From positions 109,368,001-109,432,000 of the forward strand of contig NC_043005.1 of NCBI RefSeq assembly GCF_006345805.1: a DNA stretch of 64,000 nt, in the 5' to 3' direction. Below, piece by piece: positions 36,381 to 48,495 of the stretch. Position numbers and translations under genes: made by a program. The notes below the pieces were generated by a model. It did not search any database and was not told where the DNA came from. It saw only the letters and a program-made list of their open reading frames with translations. The stretch's first letter is position 1, and every line of letters starts with the position of its first letter. The DNA comes from Octopus sinensis. Lineage: Eukaryota.

Positions 36381-37249
36381 TCATAGATCTGTCTACATAA
36401 ATCAGGCAGATTTTGGACTCCTACCAAATTAACTCATTGTAACTTAGTATTCAGTGATTGGTGCTTCATACTGATGAAGTCCAGCAGACTGAAATTATGT
36501 GATATTGGAATTCAGATGCCCATGACAGTTGAACTTCATCTGCTACAATCTATGTGTGTGCTTTTATGCCCCAAGCACCTATACGAGAGGGTCACTCAAG
36601 ACGAGCAACACAGTATTTGGTGTTCTAACAAGGCATCCATGTTAAGTTGGATATAAAGATTATATTCAAATATATTTATTTTTGCCAACATCAAAACCCC
36701 ATCACCACCTTCACCACCACTTTCTTTGGATTCCAGACTTTAGCTAATTATAATGGTTTCTAGCGACAAATAACCACTTGCCCTCTCCCTCCTTCCCTGT
36801 TGTCCATTCTCTTCCTTTCTGTGTCTTTCCCCTTCTTTGCTTCACTCCCTCACTCTTTCTTTCTATTCTTCCATCTTTAATTGGCCGACTTAATATATTT
36901 TGGTTTTTATTGTCTTTTTATTATTGTATCTTATGAAATTGCTTTTTTAAATTGATTTATTTTCTTTAATTGCCTTCACTACTGGCACGTACACACATAT
37001 GCATACACATATATACAAATGCATGCAAAAAATATACGCAAAAACACACTTATACATATATATGTGTACACTCTCATATACATATATATTTACATACACA
37101 TTCATGCACTTACATATTCATGCGTATTTACATACTACAGATGCTCATGTATACAGACCTGTATCACATACTCTTGTGTTCACATACATACATCACATAC
37201 AGAAGCACTGTAAAAAAAGTAGTAATAAACTAGAGAAAACATTTTGAAA

Positions 37250-37825
37250 AAATTAAATCGTTTATGAAATAAATCAAAATGCCCCCTAAAATGAACAAAC
37301 ATCTGAAAAAAATTTAAAACCTGTTCAATGGAATATAAATATCGTAAAAATATCATAAGGACATAATGGGGAAAAAATGCAATAAAATAGTGTAAAATAT
37401 AAAAAGATCATATAAATATAGAGTAAAAAAGGGCAATAAAATATCATAAAATATAAAATCTGAAAATGTCTAAAATATGAACAAAATATAATATAAGTAA
37501 AATATAAAATATAAGATATTTAGAAAAAAGAAAGAATAAAATGTGAAAACATGAAGTTAAAAAATGTAAAAAAATAAAATGTTGAAAAAGAAATTTAAAG
37601 ATAAAGATGAAAATATAAAATATATAAGCATAAAAAAATTTAGATAAAAAACAAATGAAATATTGTAAAATAAAATAAAATCTTGTAAAAAATGAAATAC
37701 TGTAAAAGAAATTAAAATAGCGTAAAAGATAAAAATGCCGTAAAAATACAAAAAAATTACAAACTACATAGAAACCAAAAGTATCATTATTATTATTATT
37801 ATTTGTTGTTATTTTTATTGGTATG

Positions 37826-37874
<49 letters not shown>

Positions 37875-38018
37875 GTAGTAGTAGTAGTAGTAGTAGTAGC
37901 AGTTTTTTTTATTCTTAGTTATTACAATTTTTCTGTTTTTGAAGTTTTATATATTTTACAAAAACAGAAAACAAAACAACAAAAATGGCAATAGTAATAA
38001 TAATAATAATAATAATAA

Positions 38019-38062
<44 letters not shown>

Positions 38063-39432
38063 TAATAATAATAATGTGTTGTAAATTGAAGTTAAGGAAA
38101 CGATCAATAAATTTCACAGTCAATAGAAATTGCTGTCGACAGAGCGAGAAATATTGAATTTGTCTTCATGATGATATGGGGAGGGAAGTAGTTGGGAGGA
38201 GCGGAAAGTTTTCAAAATTATTGTTGTTTTTTTTTTCTTTTGTGGTAATGTTGTGCAGTGTATTGTTGGGGAAAATTTGGGGTGGTGTGTAGAAGTGGAT
38301 AGGAGGTGAAATAGTGGTGGGTAGGGCAGAGCAGAGGTGGGGGGAGGTCGTTGTCAGTAGAGGTATCTAGGATTACAGCATTTAATGAGCCCTCCCATTT
38401 TTAAGCCAATAAAGAGTCATTTGAGGACAATTTGGCTGCTATTTCTTGAAGGGCAAGTGTGCATGAAATAAGTGGTAGTGGCGGAATGGAGGGGGTTGAG
38501 ACAGGAATAGTGGGGACGGCAGTGGGAAGGGGGAATTTTTTTTCATTATTTACAGTTTTTCAATTTAAGAGTTCATTTTACTGATGGTTGGTTGGGAAAT
38601 GCTCAGTTTTTGTTGTTATTGCTACTGTTGCTGTTTCTGCCATTATTTTTGTTGCAATTATTGTTGTTGTTGCTCCTGATATTGTTATTGTTATTATTAT
38701 TGTCGTCATTTTCACTACTTTTCTTTGTTGCTATTTTGTATTGTTATTCTTATTGATATTTGTTTTTATTTTTGTTGCTTTCATTGCTGTTAATGTTGTT
38801 ATATTTATTGCTCTTCTTGTAATTGTTTTTGCTATTGTTTCTATTCTTCGTCTTGTTGTTATTGTCGTTATGATTCTTAATGTTGTGATTGCTCTTGTTA
38901 TTGTGGTTGTTGCTCTTCTTGTAGTTGTTATTATATTTCTTATTTTCATTTATGTGTTTTATTTTGCTTCTTGTTTTATTATTTTATAAATTTTTTCTTC
39001 TTACGTTTGTAATCAATTTTTAAAATGAAGTTGTTGACGATATGGAGGGGTGGAGGCAAGAAGTGGTGGTGGTGGTGGTAGTTAACAAGGTGAGTGAAGA
39101 AGTTGTGGTGTCTATAATGAGAAGATGTAATGCTGGTGGGCCAATGGTGGGGAGATTATTTAAATTATGTTTTATTTATGTATATGTTATGATTCTAAAT
39201 ATGTATTTGTATTTGGGTTTTGTTTTGTGGGGCAGGTTTTATCCGTAAAATATAAGTATTCTATGACCAAAATAAGTTGGGGAAACCCCTGGTGTGGTGT
39301 ATGGGTGGTGTGTGGGTTGCACTGGATTGGTGTTTGATGTTTGCACTCTGCATGTGTTGTGTGGTTGTTGTTACATGCTTCGAGATAAAGAGGAGGAAGG
39401 AGGAGGAGGAGGAAGAGAAGAAGTAGCGGATG

Positions 39433-39466
<34 letters not shown>

Positions 39467-40850
39467 GGAGGAGGAGGAGGAGGATGAAGAAGAAGAATAA
39501 GAAGACTAGATGGTGAAAGAAGAGGTGGAGTAGATTGTGGAGATGGAGGAGGTAGTGAAAGAGAAGAAAGAAGAAAGAGAGGTGAAGGAGGTGGGCTGGA
39601 AGAAAAAGAAGAAAAGGAAGAGGAGGATGGGGAGGAAGAAAAGGAAGAAGAGGATGGGGAGGGAGAAAAAGAAGAAAAGGAAGAGGACGATGGGGAGAAG
39701 ACGAATAAGAAGAAGACGAAGAAGAAGAAAAAGAAGGTAAATAAGTCAACAACAAGAAAGAAAAGAAGAAAGATGAAAGATTTGTAAAAATCAATAGAAT
39801 AATTAAATTAAATGAGGGAGAAAGAGAGCACTGGTGGAGGGGTGCATGCGTGTGTGCATGTATGTGCGTATGTATGTGTGTTTGAAATAGTGGGAGGAAA
39901 GAAGGTGAATGAGAAGGGGATGGCAAAGAGGAGAGAAAGGATGAAGCGGAAATGATAAAATAACAAATATAAAATCAAAAACCAGTCAAAATATAACAAA
40001 ATCCAGTTGCTTTCTATATTAATTATATTATTATTTTTATTTTATTATTTTTATTTTATTAGTTTTATTTCATTTTATTTCATTATTTTTCTTTTATTAT
40101 TTATTTTTATCGTATTAATTATATTATTATTTAAATTTTTTTTAAAGGAAAAGAGGGAAGATACTTTGTAAATTTTATGTATTTTTGTAATTTTAAACTA
40201 TATTTAACGATTTAGTCATTTTTATTTTTATTTATATTACAATTTTTATATATTCTTTCTTCATTTTTTTTTTCATTGTCATTATAATTTGTTTTATGAC
40301 ATTATTGTCACTTTGTTGTCATCGGTGTTATTGGGGGGGGGGGTTGCTGTGGCAATTGATGTTGTTTAGTTATTGTTTTTGCTATTGTTGTTTTTGTGGT
40401 TGATATTGTTGTTACTGATGTTGATGTTGATGTTATTGTTTTTGATTGTTATTGCTGGTTGTTGCCATTGCAGATTGGTTCATCTTACACTAAGTCTTTG
40501 TCTTCTTCTTCTTCTTCTTCTTTCACTTCTTCTTCTTCCTCCTTTTATCTTCCACTTCTTTCTTTTTCCCTTTCCTCCTTCTTCCCCTTTCTCCTTTTCT
40601 TCTTTTCCTTCTCCTCTTTCCTCTCTTTTTTCTGCTTTGTTCCTCCTCCCCTCCTCCCCACCACCACCTTCTCCCATTCTTCTTCTTCTCCTTCTTCATC
40701 ATCATCATTTTCTTCTTCCTCTTCTTCATCATCATCATCATCATCTTCTTCCTTCTCCTTCTTCTTCACCTTCTTCTTCATCATCATCATCATCATCTTC
40801 TTCCTTCTCCTTCTTCTTCACCTTCTTCTTCATCTTCTTCTTCTCAATCC
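37250..40850. repeat. Low-complexity block: A-rich, (ATT)n, (GTA)n, (AAT)n, (GTT)n, (GAA/GAG/GAT)n, (CTT/CAT)n
   Basis: Directly visible degenerate trinucleotide tracts. Confidence 0.85.
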
Positions 40851-41093
40851 TACCTTTTCTTTTAAATCTCAGTTTCTAATTTCTTTACAAATTTTTCCCC
40901 ATCTTTTATGAATGTTTCTTTTCAATTTTATTACTTTATTGCATTTCGCCCCCCCCCCACTAAACTCTAAGTTGTAATATATCTCCTCTCACTTGCCACT
41001 TTTAATGTGACTCTTCAATGTTGCACCTCAGTATGTCATCTCTAATATATCACCTCAACTATGCCACCATAGATTGTTATATATATATAGGTG

Positions 41094-41128
<35 letters not shown>

Positions 41129-41609
41129 GCATATATATATATATACATATATATGTATATATAAGGGGAAAGTTTACGAAAATAAACAAAAGATGAAGGC
41201 AGGTGGAGTACAAACAAACAGATGTATTAGTATAACGCTCAGGAATAGAAAAAGTCTTTTACGTTTCAAGCCTACGCTCTTCAACAGAAAGATACACAGA
41301 AAAAAACAAGGAGAGAAAAAAAATGTGTGTAGGATCTAATGATCTATCATGCCGTCCTGACTTCTGACAGTGGTCAGATGCAAGAGGGACAGTAGGGGAG
41401 ATGACAGGGTCAAGTGACATGAAATGAATGTAGAAAAATATAATATATGAGAAAAATATGAAAAAAAATAAAGTGAAAACGAAAAGGACAGTTTTTACGA
41501 ACAGTTCAAAAGTTTGTAGACGTCGTGGTGTATTTCAAGGATTTCACATCAATAACAAAGTCAATATATAGGTGTTTATATATATATGTATATATATATA
41601 TTTATATTT

Positions 41610-41904
41610 GTGGAGGCGCAATGGCCCAATCGTTAGGGCAGCGGACTCATGGTTGTAGGATCGCGGTTTCGATTCCCAGACCGAGCGTTGTGAGTGTTTA
41701 TTGAGCGAAAACACCTAAAAGCTCCACGAGGCTCCAGCAGGGGGTGGTGATCCCTGCTGTACTCTTTCTCCCACTCTTTCTTCTGTTAGCCTGCTCACTT
41801 AGCCAGCGGGGTGGCATCATTCGAAGGCTAAAACAATGCGAACGTATTGTGACCAGCGATGTGTAACTACATCTGATGGACTGATTGGTCACGTGATCAC
41901 GTGA
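41610..41904 (+). mobile_element. tRNA-derived SINE with family R head and a distinct tail
   Basis: gtggaggcgcaatggcccaatcgttagggcagcggactc..ggtttcgattcccagacc..gagcgaaaacacctaaaagctccacgaggctcc; tail ends ggtcacgtgatcacgtga. Confidence 0.85.
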
Positions 41905-42067
41905 TATATTTATATTTATATTTATATATACACCTTAACCTTTATTCACCACCATCACCATCATCATCATCATCATCATCCTTATATATGCCATTTATTG
42001 ATGTTGTCACTGTTTTTGTAGAATTTGTTATCATCATGATCATTATTCTTATCATTATTATTGTTAT

Positions 42068-42290
42068 AGGTGATGAGCTGGCAGAATCATTAGCATGCCT
42101 GGGCAAAAGGCTTAGCAGCATTTTGTTCGTACTTACAGTCTGAGTTCAAATTCCACCAAGGTTGATTTTGCTTCCCGTCCTTTCAGGGTCAATGAAGTAA
42201 GTACCAGTTAAGTATTGAGGTTATTATAATCAACTAGCCCCCACCCCTAAAATTTCAGGCCTTGTGCCTATAGTAGAAAGGATTGTTATT
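42068..42290 (+). mobile_element. SINE, family M
   Basis: gagctggcagaatcattagcatgcc..ctgagttcaaattccaccaaggttg..cctttcagggtcaatgaagtaagtaccag. Confidence 0.8.
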
Positions 42291-42317
42291 ATTATTGTCT
42301 TTGATAATCATAATAAC

Positions 42318-42349
<32 letters not shown>

Positions 42350-42350
<1 letters not shown>

Positions 42351-42566
42351 AATAATAGTGGTTTCAAATTTTGCCACTAGGGCAGCTATTTTGGGGGAGG
42401 AGATTAGTCGATTACATCGACCCCAGTGTTAAACTGGTACTTATTTTATCGACCCTGGAAAGATGAAAGGCAAAGTTGACCTCGGTGGAATTTGAACTCA
42501 GAACACAGTGCAAGAGGAAATACCACTAAGCAGTTCACCCAGTGTACTAACAATTCTGCCAGTCCT
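42350..42566 (-). mobile_element. SINE, family M, inverted relative to the previous copy
   Basis: atcgaccccagtgttaaactggtacttattttatcgaccctggaaagatgaaaggcaaagttgacctcggtggaatttgaactcagaac. Confidence 0.8.
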
Positions 42567-42714
42567 TTTCCTTAAATAATAATGATGATGATGATGATGA
42601 TGATGATGAGAGGGTGAACAGGCAGAATCATTAACATATTGACATATTGGAACCTTTCTGCATTGAATGCTCAGTCTCTCCCTGCTTTTGAAGATTTTGG
42701 CAGAACTTTTGGCA

Positions 42715-43210
42715 TTAGAAGAAGAAGAAGAAGAAGAAGAAGAAGAAGAAGAAGAAGAATGATGAAGAATAATAATAATAATAAGAAGAAGAAGAAGAAG
42801 AAGAAGAAAAGAAGAAGAATGAAGAAGAAGAAGAAGAAGAAGAAGAAGAAGAAGAAGAAGAAGAAGAAGAAGAAGAAGAAGAATGAAGAAGAATGAAGAA
42901 GAAAAGAAGCCTGAAGAAGACGAATGAAGAAGAAGAAGAAGAAAAATGAAGAAGGAGAAGAAGAAAATGAAGAAGAAGAAAAGAAGAAGAAGAAGAAAAA
43001 GGAAGAAGAAGAAGAAGAAGAAGAAGAAGAAAAAGGAAGAAGAAAAATGAAGAAGAAGAAGAAGAGAAGAAGAAAAGAACAAGAAGAAAAATGAAGACGA
43101 AAATGAAGAAGAAGAAAAATGAAGAAGAAAATGAAGAAGAAGAAAAATGAAGAAGAAAATGAAGAAGAAGAAGAAGAAGAAGAAGAAGAAGAAGAAGAAG
43201 AAGAAGAAGC
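42715..43210. repeat. (GAA)n microsatellite, about 500 bp
   Basis: Near-pure gaagaa runs. Confidence 0.95.
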
Positions 43211-43232
43211 TGTGAAGGCTGGAGAGTCTGAA

Positions 43233-43540
43233 AGTTATCCTGCTGGAACTAGGTCACAGGAGATCTGTGTCTCCATACACAGACGATGTCACCATCGTGG
43301 AGTCGGACTCTTCAGATACAGAAATGATTGACACTATACCTGATAAAATATCAGGTAGGTACAACAGCACACATGAATCAGGACAAGTCAGTGGGTTTGC
43401 GAATTGGCTCTGGAGAGGCAGGTCCATGGTGAATAGCAGGGATTTCCGTTGCTCAACAGAGTATCTTGTAAAAGTGCTCGGGGACTGGTTCAGACCATAT
43501 TTCCAGGTGGATAAGAGAGCACGGAAAGAGATGGTCATGG
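43233..43540 (+). mobile_element. Tx1/L1-clade LINE reverse-transcriptase fragment
   Basis: ILLELGHRRSVSPYTDDVTIV (YADD motif) ..WLWRGRSMV..VKVLGDWFRPYFQV, matching the Tx1 RT stretch YADDVT..LG.WRGKSM..VK.LGVWFGPDLQV. Confidence 0.8.
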
Positions 43541-43594
43541 GTGGTCAAGCTCACCCAGAAAAGGCCAGCAAGAAAAAACTGAAAGAAGAAAGGC

Positions 43595-43595
<1 letters not shown>

Positions 43596-43631
<36 letters not shown>

Positions 43632-43752
43632 GTTTAACGTCCGTTTTCCATGCTAGCATGGGTTGGACGGTTCGACCGGGGTCTGGGAAGCCAGGGGCTG
43701 CACAGGCTCCAGTCTGATCTGGCAGAGTTTCTACAGCTGGATGCCCTTCTGG
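43596..43752 (-). mobile_element. RTE-type LINE extreme 3' end
   Basis: (CAT)n then gtttaacgtccgttttccatgctagcatgggttggacggttcgaccggggtctgggaagcc..ggatgcccttc. Confidence 0.85.
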
Positions 43753-44694
43753 ATGCCTGGATGCAATGGCAAGAACAAATCATAGAGGTTTTCCGTCCAA
43801 AGGCACAATTGTAGAATAAACCAAAAATATAAATTACCCCATTTTCATTGTCAGGAGTAAATTATCTGCCTTCTTCCTGCCACAACCATTGAATACAATG
43901 AGAATCACCCATGACCACACCAACAATAACAACAGCAACAACTAAATGATCAGGAAGTACTTCTTCATAGCATCTTCTTATGGAGGGGGGAGCAGATGGA
44001 GACCAATGAGAAAGGACAGACTCCTTAAAAACACAATGAAAGAACCAACAAAACAACGATAATAACCAATAAGAAAAATATGAGGAGAATTACACCATCT
44101 GTGAAGAGAATACAATCTCTACTGAAGAAGAGCTCTTCTCTCAAGGGAAACCAATATCCTATGAGGAGAAACCAGCTTCCTGCCTGAACAAGTCTAAGAA
44201 AACTCTATAAGAAAGACACTTAAATTAGGGATATCCAGAAGTATGGATCAAGGAGGAAATGGGACTGTATTTTAAACAGTATTAAAAGAGCAAAATATTT
44301 GTCCAGATTTCAGAGAGACATTATGAAGTGTCATATCTCAATGATCCACAGAATACGGACCTTCACTTGCCTTCTATAACACAAGGATGTCACACCAAAG
44401 ATTAGAGCATCTTGATCAATGTAACTGCTTTAATCAATGTAATATAAATATCTTCTTGTTTAGATTATTTTGTGTCATATTGTAGCTTCTAACTTATTCA
44501 ATGTAAATATTTGTAGTGCATTAATTTTTAGGAATTCTAAATTCCTTTAAGTATTATTCTGTTACATATCTTTCACCCCTCCACTCTGTTTTGTGTAACA
44601 TGTCAGTCCCACCCCATACACATTTGTAAGTCCTCTCTTTTGCATTTTTCTCTACCTTATCAAGTCCTTGTGACTGTTAAAGAAAACGATTCTC

Positions 44695-45016
44695 TTTCTT
44701 CTTCTTCTTCTTCTTCTTATTATTATTATTATCATTATTATCATTATTATCATTATTATTATTATCATTATTATTATTATCATTATTATTATTATTATCA
44801 TTATTATTATCATTATTATCATAATTATTATTATTATCATTATTATCATTATTATTATTATCATTATTATTATTATTATCATTATTATTATTATCATTAT
44901 TATTATTATCATTATTATTATTATTATTATTATTATCATCATCATTATTATCATTATTATTATTATTATCATAATTATTATTATTATCATTATTATTGTT
45001 ATTATTATTATTATTA

Positions 45017-45047
<31 letters not shown>

Positions 45048-46520
45048 CGTCATCATTATTATTATTATTATTATTATTAAACAGAAATAAGGAAGACAGG
45101 AAGGAAGGCAGTGTGGGGAGGAAGGGATGTAAGAATAAGGGGAGGATAGAACAGACGAGAGGCAGGATGGAGAAGATGGAAGAAAGCAGAAAGGGAGAAG
45201 AAGGGGAGGGAGACAAAGGTGACTAGGGGAGAAGAAAGAAGGACAAAAGGAGAGGAAAGTTTTGGTACTTGTGAAAAAGGGACAGCAAACAATCAAATCA
45301 AGAAGGGGGAAAATATTACAAAACAACAACAACAATAACAAAAAATGTGAGAACAACAATAATTAAAATAACACCATTAGCAACAAAAATAATTAGAATA
45401 ATAGTAAAAAAAAACAACAATAACAATATCAACAACAACAGCAACAACAAGAACAACAACAGCAACTATAAAATTTGTAAACAAGTGAGAAAATAAAAAT
45501 AAAGTACAAAAAAATCAATAAATCAACTGGAGGGACATCATCATGAATTAATGAAGTAATAAACTCTATTGAAAACAATAATAAGACAAGGAAGGGGCTA
45601 CTTAAGGTGATTGACCTGCTAGAGTAACAGCTAATTGTTCCTGTTCAATCTTGCAGTAGTTTAAACAGAGTGGGAAGAAGAAATATATATTATGGAAAAA
45701 AAAAATTACATTTAACAACAACAACAGCAATAATAATTGCAAGAACAATAACAACAGCACGAATTACGAAAAAAACAACAATTCAAACAGCAATAAGGGC
45801 AAAAAAGATTTTAGCAAATGATAAATAATAACAATTTCAGCTTTATCAATAACTCTGATATAGTTATCATTCTCATTATCATCGTCATCGTTGTCATTGT
45901 CGTTTTTGTCATCATCATTGTCATCATTATCATCATCGTCGTCGTTATCATGATGATGATCATCATTGTTGTCATCATTGTCATTTTCATCATCGTCGTT
46001 GTCATCGTTGTCGTCGTCATAGTCGTCGACATCATCATCGTCGTTGTCATTGTTTTCATCGTCATCGTTGTCATCGTCGTCATAGTCGTCGTCGTCATCA
46101 TCATCGTCGTCGTCATCATTGTCATCATCAATATTGTCGTCGTCGTCATCATTGTCATCGCCATCATCTTCGTTGTCATCATTGTCATCGTCATCGTCGT
46201 CGTCGTCATTGTCATCGTTGTCATCATCGTCGTCATCGTCTTCATCGTCGTTGTCATAGTCGTCGTCGTCATTGTCATCATCATCATCGTTGTCATCGTC
46301 GTCATTGTCGTCATCGTCGTTGTCGTTGTTTTCATCGTCATCATTGTCGTCATTGTCATCGTCATCATTGTCATCGTCATCGTCATCGTCGTCATTGTTG
46401 TTGTTGTCATCGTTGTCATCATTATCATTGCCATGTTCCTCATTGTCACCACCCCAGTTGCCACTGCCTCCAACCCAGTCACCCACCACCATCACCACCA
46501 CCACCATTAGCAGCAGTAGT
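44695..46520. repeat. (ATT/ATC)n tract (44695-45080) and degenerate (GTC/ATC)n tract (45840-46520)
   Basis: Trinucleotide tracts; no higher-order unit evident. Confidence 0.9.
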
Positions 46521-46554
46521 AGTAGCAGCAAAAGCTGGAAGGTGAAGAATTTAG

Positions 46555-46765
46555 TGTAATTTGTGTTAAAGTTCCAAGCGTAAATTTGAATTGGTGAGTG
46601 GGGCGGGGGAGATGTGATGTGAGTGGCACAAAGCCAGCAGTTTCGGGGGTAAAGGGTTAAATTGATTACATCGACCCCCCCCCAGTGCCCAACTGATACA
46701 TATTTTATCAGCCCCGAAAGGATGATAAGCAAAGTCAACCTTGGCAAAATTAGGACCCAGGACTT
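46555..46765 (-). mobile_element. SINE, family M
   Basis: gattacatcgacccc..actgatacatattttatcagccccgaaaggatgataagcaaagtcaaccttggc. Confidence 0.65.
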
Positions 46766-46771
46766 AAACAG

Positions 46772-46975
46772 CTGAACCCTTTCGTTACCTTTCTGTTGAG
46801 ATGCTCTGTGTTTCTTTCAATTACTTTAAATATGACAAAGAATTTAGTAAAATAATTAGGCTTTCATTAAGCTAGTGTTAGGAACATAAATTGGGACTAA
46901 GGTTTGGTGGAAGATTTTAATTCAAAACTTATGAAAACAAAACATTTGTGCTAGAGAGTCAGAGCTGTATGAACA
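46772..46975. mobile_element. Probable second piggyBac-type MITE fragment
   Basis: Starts gaaccctttcgttacc, resembling a TTAACCCTTT terminus; the other end is not found. Confidence 0.35.
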
Positions 46976-47071
46976 TTTAATGTGGTTTTAGAGTCAAGTT
47001 TTGGCTGCTATTTCCAGCGTGGTGGTATCTCTTAGATACCCTAAATTATAATAATTTAAATATATGTATAT

Positions 47072-47355
47072 GGCCGTTGCCAGCCTCGCCTGGCCCCCGT
47101 GCCGGTGGCACGTAAAAAGCACCATCCGTCCATGGCCGTTTGCCCGCTCCGTCTGGCACCTGTGCCGGTGGCACGTAAAAAGCACCCACTACACTCACGG
47201 AGTGGTTGGCGTTAGGAAGGTCATCCAGCTGTAGAAACATTGCCAGATCAGACTAGAGCCTGGTGCAGCCTTCTGGTTTCCCAGACCCCAGTTGAACTGT
47301 CCAACCCATGCTAGCATGGAAAGCGGATGCTAAATGATGATGCTGCTGATGATGA

Positions 47356-47360
<5 letters not shown>
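47072..47360 (+). mobile_element. RTE-type LINE 3' UTR
   Basis: Two exact gccggtggcacgtaaaaagcacc motifs (47101, 47164), ggcgttaggaaggtcatccagctgtagaaac, acccatgctagcatggaaagcggatgctaaatgatgatg. Confidence 0.85.
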
Positions 47361-47402
<42 letters not shown>

Positions 47403-48094
47403 TATATTTATGCATACATACATACATACATATACATATATATATAAAGGGAAAGTTTACGAAAATAGACAAAAGATGAAGGCAGGTGGAGTAGAAACAA
47501 ACAAAATATATATATATACATACATACAGTCTCCATCTGCCAAATCAACTCACAAGATTTTGGTCAGCATCTACCCATAAAACCCTGCCAAAACAGACAT
47601 TAGATCTAGGTGCAGTGTTCTGACTAGCCAGCTCCTGTCCAATTGTCCAACCCATGCCGGCAGTGAAAGTGGATCTCAAATGATGAAGAGGATGTGTATA
47701 TGTGAGTGTGTGTGTTTGTGTGTTTGCATTTATCATTCACTACAATTTGACAGCTGGTTTTGGTTTATTTACATCCCTGTAACTTAGAGGTTCAGCAAAT
47801 GAGGCTAATAAAATAAATATTAGATGTAAAAATAATATAAGAATTACTGGGAGTGGTCTGTTCAGCTAAACTGTTCTAGGTAGTGCCCCAGCATGGCCTT
47901 AGTGCAACTAAAACAAGTAAAAAGTATATAAAAGAAACATGTCTTAAATATACACATCCACATATAGATAAACGTGTGTGTGTGTGTATGCATGTATGTG
48001 CTTGCATGTGTGCTCTTGTATGATTATTTGTTTTGTGTGCATGTGTGTTTACATATCTATGTGTCAATATCTGTGCTTACTCGATATTTGCATT

Positions 48095-48495
48095 GTGGGC
48101 ATGTGTGTGTGGGGGGCATATGTGTGTGTGGGGGGGCATGTGTGTGTGTGGGGGGGCATGTGTGTGTGTGTGTGGGCATGTGTGTGCACGGGGGGCATAT
48201 GTGTGTGTGTGGCCATATGTGTGTGTGTGGGGGCATGTGTGTGTGTAGACATATGTATGTGTGGCCATATGTGTATGTGGGGGGCATGTGTGTATGTGTG
48301 GGCATATGTGTGTGTGCGTTGGCATGTGTGTGGAGGAGGGCATATGTGTGTGTATGTGTGGGCATATGTATGTGTGTGTGTGGGCATATGTCTGTGTGTG
48401 TAGGCATATGTGTGTGTGAGTGTGTGTGTGTTTGTGGGCATGTGTGTGTGTGTGTGGGCATATGTGTGTGTGTGGGCATATGTCTGTGTGTGTGT
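48095..48495. repeat. Minisatellite of (G)nGGCAT(AT)G(TG)n units
   Basis: About 20 variable-length units anchored on ggcatatg/ggcatg. Confidence 0.85.

Noticed and set aside
43800-44430. Possible further Penelope or LINE relic
   Set aside because: Only vague similarity (TISTEEELFSQGK); no diagnostic motif series in order.
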